64,000 nucleotides of DNA from an uncultured Poribacteria bacterium (GTDB taxonomy: Bacteria; Poribacteria; WGA-4E; WGA-3G), in NCBI GenBank assembly GCA_958296135.2, contig CATQHZ020000001.1, positions 2,976,001 through 3,040,000 of the forward strand. Direction: 5' to 3'. Each line of letters opens with the position of its first letter. Within the stretch, counting starts at the first letter, position 1. Made by a program: the position numbers and the translations under genes. Below are positions 60,359-64,000 of the stretch, piece after piece. The notes beneath the pieces were generated by a model. It ran no database searches. It saw only the letters and a program-made list of their open reading frames with translations, and was not told the DNA's origin.

Positions 60359-61438
60359 ATGAAAACGCACAATATTGCACTGCGCCCGACACCGGCACAG
60401 GTTCAACAATTTCATCAGCACGCGGGATTCCGCCGATTTGTCTATAACTACGCTTTGTCCGATTTCAAAGCAGGCTTAGCTGAAGGCGAATGGCGGAACG
60501 GCCGCACATTGCGCACTCGGTTTAATGCCGTGAAGGACACGCAGTTTGACTGGCAGAAACGGCTCATCGCCCGCGTGGCATCACATGCGTTTGATGATTT
60601 TAACACGGCGTGTCAACGATGGAAGAACAAGCTTGCCAAGTTTCCGAAGTATAAGCGGAAGTCGGGTAAACAATCGTTTCGCGTTGACAATAAACGCAAT
60701 GCGATAAAATGTGAAGGTAAACGGCTTTACCTGCCGAAGATAGGCTGGGTGCGGACGTTTGAAGCGTTGCGGTTCAAAGGCGACGTGATGCGCGTAGTGA
60801 TTAAGAAGCGAGGCCCTCGTTGGTTTGCATCGGTGCTCGTCGAAACCCTGTCAATAGCCAAGCCCGATTTACGTGGTTTGCCTACCGTGGGCATCGATGT
60901 GGGTATCAACACCCTCGCTACTTGCTCTGATGGACGCGCCTTTGAAAACCCGCGCGCCTTGGCTCGTTATCAACGTCAACTCCGCCGTGCGCAACGCGCA
61001 CTGAGTCGTTCAGTCTATCGCAGTCAGAATTGGTGGAAAAAGAAGGAACGTGTTGTCCGTATCCACTATCGTATCGCTTGCATCCGCGAAGACGCGCATC
61101 ACAAAGCCAGCACGGCGATTGTGAAAGGTGTCTCAGCAATCGGGATAGAATCTCTGAACGTGAAAGGCATGATGAAAAACCGCCGGATTGCGAAGGCATT
61201 ATCAGACGCAGCACTCGGGGGATTTCTCTCCAAGTTGAAGACGAAGGCGGCGGCACTCGGCGTGCGGATTGAGGAAGCCTCTCAGTGGTTCGCTTCCTCG
61301 AAGACGTGCAGTGCATGCGGACATAAAAAGGATACCCTCACGTTATCGGAACGTGACTATCACTGCAGCGGGTGTGGATTGCGGATAGACCGAGATTTGA
61401 ACGCTGCAAGGAATTTGGAACCCTCGCCGCTGGTTTGA
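60359..61438 (+). CDS. tnpB: RNA-guided endonuclease TnpB
   Basis: N-terminal HTH (LRPT...RFVYNYAL), RuvC GIDVG / IESL / DRDLNAARNL, Zn finger CSAC..CSGC; all three acidic residues intact. Confidence 0.93.
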   Translation: MKTHNIALRPTPAQVQQFHQHAGFRRFVYNYALSDFKAGLAEGEWRNGRTLRTRFNAVKDTQFDWQKRLIARVASHAFDDFNTACQRWKNKLAKFPKYKRKSGKQSFRVDNKRNAIKCEGKRLYLPKIGWVRTFEALRFKGDVMRVVIKKRGPRWFASVLVETLSIAKPDLRGLPTVGIDVGINTLATCSDGRAFENPRALARYQRQLRRAQRALSRSVYRSQNWWKKKERVVRIHYRIACIREDAHHKASTAIVKGVSAIGIESLNVKGMMKNRRIAKALSDAALGGFLSKLKTKAAALGVRIEEASQWFASSKTCSACGHKKDTLTLSERDYHCSGCGLRIDRDLNAARNLEPSPLV

Positions 61439-61605
61439 CGGAGAGGAGTGGGTATTACCTCTCGTATCCGAGAGGTAATACCTTAAACGCCTGTGGAGCT
61501 CGTGTCAGACTTCGGTTGCGAAGCAGTGAGTGTTGAAGCAGGAACTTTAGAAATCGGACAGACTCATACGGACTTGTCCAGATATGTCTCGATTTCAGGG
61601 AACAG
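61424..61605 (+). ncRNA. omega-RNA (reRNA) scaffold of tnpB; predicted guide follows (TTCTATGCAAAACGTG)
   Basis: Overlaps the tnpB 3' end; hairpins, GAAGCAGGAA motif; ends at the element right end. Confidence 0.7.
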
Positions 61606-61609
61606 TTCT

Positions 61610-62287
61610 ATGCAAAACGTGCCCAGGAACAGTTCACACTTAAAAGTCTCTAACCTGCATAAGAGTTTCGGCGCGGTCCAAGTTCTGCGCGACATCTCGT
61701 TTTCGTTTGGCTCGGGCGCGTCTGTGGCCATTACCGGTCCCTCTGGTTCAGGCAAAAGCACGTTGCTCCATCTCATTGGCACACTGGCGGAACCCTCCGG
61801 TGGGCGGATTGAGATTAACAACGTCAACCCGTTTGACTTATCGGAGCGCGAGCTCGCGGCATATCGGAACTCGGTGCTTGGGTTTGTGTTTCAGGAGCAT
61901 CATCTGCTGCCGCAGTATTCGGTGCTTGAAAATGTGCTGGTTCCAACGCTCGCGTTTAAGGGGAAATCCGATGCCACACAGCGGGCGCATGAGCTGCTCA
62001 AGCGGGTGGGATTAACACATCGGCTGACGCATCGGCCCGGGGAGCTCTCCGGCGGCGAACGTCAACGCGTTGCCATCGCGCGCGCCCTTATCAACCGACC
62101 GGGGATTCTGCTCTGCGATGAACCAACCGGCAATTTGGATAACGCTACCGCTGAGACTATCGTCAATTTGCTATTTGAGATGCATCGCGTGGAGCAGCAC
62201 ATCTTAATCGTCGTCACGCACAATCTTGAATTCGCGTCCCGTTTTCAGCACCGCCTCAACCTCGCCGAGGGCACCTTGGACACCTAG
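61610..62287 (+). CDS. ABC transporter ATP-binding protein (LolD/MacB-like)
   Basis: GPSGSGKST, GFVFQ, LSGGERQRVAIARAL, DEPTGNLD, VTH. Confidence 0.9.
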   Translation: MQNVPRNSSHLKVSNLHKSFGAVQVLRDISFSFGSGASVAITGPSGSGKSTLLHLIGTLAEPSGGRIEINNVNPFDLSERELAAYRNSVLGFVFQEHHLLPQYSVLENVLVPTLAFKGKSDATQRAHELLKRVGLTHRLTHRPGELSGGERQRVAIARALINRPGILLCDEPTGNLDNATAETIVNLLFEMHRVEQHILIVVTHNLEFASRFQHRLNLAEGTLDT

Positions 62288-62328
62288 GAACTCGGGATGG
62301 ACGCAAGCTCCTATCGTGCGAATAAAAA

Positions 62329-64000
62329 ATGCTGAAGAACCTAAAACATTTTTGGCAAATCCATCTCACGGTCGCGCTGTGCACAGCGGTGGCGACAGGT
62401 GTGCTTGCTGGCGCGCTCATCGTCGGCGATTCCGTGCGCGGCAGTCTTAAAGCGGTGACGTTGGAGCGGCTTGGCACGATTGAGCACGCGCTCAGCGCCG
62501 ACCGGTTTTTCGCGCCGGCGTTGCTGCAGCGACAAAATATGGTGCCGGCGATTCTGCTGAACGGCACGGTTGTCGCGCCGGCAAGACAAACCCGCGCGTC
62601 AAAGGTTAACATCCACGGCGTGGACAATGCCTTCTTCCAATTTTGGGAAGGCGAAACGGTGCGAGGGACAGGCCCTCGCGCTACGGGGGCCGGAGGGCAG
62701 CCTGCTGTTGAGACAGCGCGAGGGACAGGCCCTCGCGCTACGGGGGCCGGAGGGCACATTGCCATTAACGAGGCACTCCAACGCGAATTAAACGTGCAAA
62801 TCGGCGACGCGCTCCTCGTGAATTTTCCGCAAGCAATGGACATCCACCCAGAGTTCCTATTCGGCCGGCGCGAGGCATCCGAGACTCTCCAAAGCCTACG
62901 GTTGACTGTCGGTGAGGTTATCCCAACGCAAAATGCGGGCAGATTTAGTCTTCGGCCTCACCAAAGTCTCCCTTTGAACGCTTTCATGCCTCTCCCGTTC
63001 CTGCAAAAAGCCCTTGCTCAAGAGGGGAAAGTGAATGCCTTATTTACGGCAGACGCGGTGCCTATTTCGCCTGATTCGCTTGCGCTAACGTTAGATGCGC
63101 TCGGCTTAAAAATCCGCGAACATGCGTCTTACCTCACCCTGCAGAGTGAGCAGTATCTGCTCAAGCCGCCGCTATCGGACATCGCGCTGTCTGTCGCAGC
63201 CGAGAGCGGTATCCCCGCGCTACCGACGCTCACATACCTTGCTAATACCATCGCCGCCAATGGCAAAACTATCCCCTATTCTACCATCGTGGCACTTCCT
63301 ATTGATGTCCGAGATTTCTCCGTTGTCCTTGCCAATGACGAAATTATTCTGAATACGTGGGCGGCCGCTGACCTGGGTGCCAAAGTGGGGGATAGCGTTG
63401 ACATCACCTATTACCGCATCGGCGCGGGCGAAGAGTACATCACTGAAACGGCGCATTTCCGCCTGAAGGCAATTACACCTATTCAGGGACTCGCCGCGGA
63501 GCCGGGTATCATTCCCGAATTTCCGGGGATTCACGATACGGCGGATATGTCCAATTGGGACTCCCCTTTTCCGATTGATTACACGCGCATCCGGGCGAGA
63601 GATGAGGCGTATTGGGATGAGTACGGCGCGACGCCCAAGGCATTTATCACGCTTGCAACAGGGAAACGGCTCTGGAAAAACCGCTTTGGAGACATCACCA
63701 CCCTTCGGATGAAGGCAGGGCGCGCGACGCGCGCGCAGTTTGAAACCGCGCTTCTGGAGAGAATCCAACCGGGACAGGTTGGGTTCCAATTCTTATCCCT
63801 CCGCGCTGATGGGCTTCACGCGGCACGCGGCACGACAGATTTTGGGATGCTGTTTAGTGGCCTGAGCATCTTGATTATTTTTTCTGCCGCCTACCTAATC
63901 GAGATGCTCTTCCGCATTGGTGTAGAACAACGCTCGCGTGAAATCGGGCTCCTCCGCGCTGTCGGGTATCCACTCGCCAACATCCGTATCCGCTTCCTCT
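62329..64000 (+). CDS. ABC transporter permease (FtsX/MacB-like), 3'-truncated by the window
   Basis: MLKNLKHFWQIH...GALIVGDSVRGSL; EQRSREIGLLRAVGY at window end; absent from the ORF track because no stop codon is in the window. Confidence 0.85.
   Translation, partial: MLKNLKHFWQIHLTVALCTAVATGVLAGALIVGDSVRGSLKAVTLERLGTIEHALSADRFFAPALLQRQNMVPAILLNGTVVAPARQTRASKVNIHGVDNAFFQFWEGETVRGTGPRATGAGGQPAVETARGTGPRATGAGGHIAINEALQRELNVQIGDALLVNFPQAMDIHPEFLFGRREASETLQSLRLTVGEVIPTQNAGRFSLRPHQSLPLNAFMPLPFLQKALAQEGKVNALFTADAVPISPDSLALTLDALGLKIREHASYLTLQSEQYLLKPPLSDIALSVAAESGIPALPTLTYLANTIAANGKTIPYSTIVALPIDVRDFSVVLANDEIILNTWAAADLGAKVGDSVDITYYRIGAGEEYITETAHFRLKAITPIQGLAAEPGIIPEFPGIHDTADMSNWDSPFPIDYTRIRARDEAYWDEYGATPKAFITLATGKRLWKNRFGDITTLRMKAGRATRAQFETALLERIQPGQVGFQFLSLRADGLHAARGTTDFGMLFSGLSILIIFSAAYLIEMLFRIGVEQRSREIGLLRAVGYPLANIRIRFL
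62661..62758 (-). repeat. Two in-frame family A REPs inside the permease
   Basis: GCGAGGGACAGGCCCTCGCGCTACGGGGGCCGGAGGGCA x2; encodes RGTGPRATGAGG twice. Confidence 0.88.

Larger units (their letters stand above)
60012..61605 (+). mobile_element. Non-autonomous IS607/IS200-IS605-type element carrying tnpB only
   Basis: GTTC at both junctions (60011-14, 61605-08); left end has 10-bp periodic motifs (ATCGTGATAAA x2); sub-terminal inverted match GAAAATCGAGACACATC / GATATGTCTCGATTTC; removal restores GGAGG-7nt-ATG. Confidence 0.75.

Noticed and set aside
61493-61609. N-terminal extension of the ABC ATPase in the ORF track
   Set aside because: Lies within the omega-RNA/right end; ATG 61610 fits the reconstructed RBS.

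Overview
GC-rich bacterial chromosome segment. The gene content (PhyH dioxygenase, CRTAC1/ASPIC, many TPR proteins, ankyrin-dockerin protein) suggests a Candidatus Poribacteria-like organism; this is an inference, not a database result. Housekeeping genes are korAB, nagA, groL, nagZ, a KamA-family enzyme, a cyclophilin, disA and ABC transporters. They flank a defence-rich region at about 5.2-28 kb: a PLD-SNF2 helicase, an AAA_21/TOPRIM pair, two type IIG-like R-M enzymes, a TIR-TPR gene, a TPR-UPF0175/PIN module, a truncated RelE-like TA and an Rpn-family nuclease followed by two free-standing copies of its C-terminal domain. Several families of GTAG-type REP palindromes occur throughout, including two large arrays, in-frame copies inside proteins and copies whose GTAG supplies a stop codon. 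Most notable: a tnpA-less IS607/IS605-type tnpB element (about 60012-61605) sits between the Shine-Dalgarno and ATG of an ABC gene. A tnpB-less homologue of its omega-RNA/right end (56203-56448) lies about 5 kb upstream, joined to an unknown ~210-nt structured domain. Both loci carry the same covarying three-way-junction motif. No tRNA, rRNA, CRISPR array or reverse transcriptase was seen. All calls are by eye from motifs; no searches were run.
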